Position numbers and translations under genes: made by a program. Positions 62,720 to 64,000 of a stretch of DNA of 64,000 nucleotides are shown piece by piece; positions within the stretch are counted from its first letter, which is position 1, and each line of letters begins with the position of its first letter. Source of the stretch: Podarcis cretensis (Eukaryota); the NCBI GenBank assembly GCA_951804945.1, contig OX638150.1, positions 51,894,001-51,958,000 on the forward strand, written 5' to 3'. A model generated the notes under the pieces. That model had not been told where the DNA came from, made no database searches, and worked only from the letters and a program-made list of their open reading frames with translations.

Positions 62720-64000
62720 CAGCAATGGGGAACCTCCAGCCCACAGCCTTAATTCATCCTTCCAGGGGTCCTAATTCCCTACGCCCATCTTCCCTGTATG
62801 CAACATCAGGTAAGATGTGTGCAGGCAAGAGAAAATATGTAACCTGGCATCACAATGACATCAGGTGGGTGGCTACTTCAATTTTAGAAAAAGAATAGAG
62901 GTTACAATCCTAAAGCCGTTTACCTGAGGGTAAGCCTCAATGAAAACCAGTGCTGGATTACCAAAAAGGCAGAGTAGGCACCGGCCCCATGCCTTTTTAG
63001 AGGCACTGCAACAACGGATCAAAATAAAATTGATTTGATCTTTAAAGAAAATTACAATCAAACTTTCTTAGTTCAATGTTATCCAACTAGAGCACACGCA
63101 TGAGAAACCTCCAGATACAAAGCTTTCTGTGTGTGTCGCGAGTTCCCGCCAACTCCAGATCCTAGTAGAATATTCGCAAGTAGCCAAGTAGAAGCTTTGA
63201 GATAATTTGCGAGGCGCCCCCCCCCCCGAGATTTGAACTGCCTAGGGTCGGTCCTCCACAGGGTTTAATCCAGCACTCATGAAAACAACAGGACTTACTT
63301 CTGAACAAACATTTGCAGGATTGCACTGTTAAGAACTGCTGCTCTGTCCTCAAGCCAAGCAGAGTGAGAGCATCAGCCACCTTATCCTCTCATCTAATAC
63401 CTATCTTTATGACTGGCTACACCACACCATCATTAGCCGAAGGTGGAGGAGTTCAGAGTTCACAAAACCATCACCTGCCCATCAGGAAATAACATCTCTG
63501 TCATCACTTAAAAGGGAGTGAAAACTTTCATTTGGAAAATTATGGCCTGAGTTATCTGTACACAAAAACCTAATCAAAGTGTCCTTGAAAGATCAAAAGC
63601 TCCGATAAGCATTTACAAGGACAGATGATACATCGAGCAGAAGATAAGTGGGAGATCCTGGCAGGCTCTGCAAGAGGCACAGGAAAACATAAGGAACAGA
63701 ATATACTTCAGAGGCTAAGAAATGTTCTAGTAACATACTTCACTTACGTCATCCCCCAAATGCTGCTAATATCCTCAGCAAAAAATTCTCTTATTAAGGA
63801 ATGCACAGCTTACAGTCAAATGTATACAAGGCTTAAAATACCAGAGCTAAGGAACAATTGGTCCCACTGGCTCCCCACCACTGGGAGGACTTAGTTGTGT
63901 GCCTACAGCAGGGAGGGAGTGTAAGGATAGAATGTTCCCCCAGTGTATTGACCACTACTACAGAATGCAGGTCTCAGAGGCTCCTTTGCCTTCCATAAAA

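Larger units (their letters stand above)
41191..64000 (-). other. NEURL1B: NEURL1B intron 1 (exon 1 and promoter lie beyond the window end)
   Basis: Exon 2 starts in phase 1. No CpG island or MGN-type first exon is visible on the minus strand. Confidence 0.75.

Overview
Vertebrate genomic DNA from a squamate reptile, probably a lacertid lizard (Sauria SINEs, a Squam3-like SINE, CR1/L2/L1 LINE pieces, Penelope and hAT/Tc1-mariner MITEs). Two genes lie tail-to-tail. The 3' half of SH3PXD2B (Tks4) is on +: seven constitutive coding exons from 221 to the stop at 16889, with a 3'UTR probably reaching ~21.5 kb. NEURL1B is on -: exons 2-5 span 41190 to 32137, the 3'UTR probably reaches ~27.6 kb, and exon 1 lies beyond the window, so 41.2-64 kb is intron 1. 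The main finding, not in the ORF track, is an 84-nt in-frame cassette exon at 4152-4235 between SH3#1 and SH3#2. It matches the 28-aa alternative exon of the paralog SH3PXD2A in position, phase and length, and is followed by three RBFOX TGCATG sites. Other findings: a Penelope-derived insertion with an intact minimal hammerhead ribozyme core (5651-5688, - strand); a GC-rich multi-hairpin Tc2/pogo-like MITE between the two 3' ends; several nested TE insertions; and a convergent gene arrangement like the paralogous NEURL1/SH3PXD2A pair. Exon numbers, repeat family names and comparisons with human sequences come from memory, not from a search.
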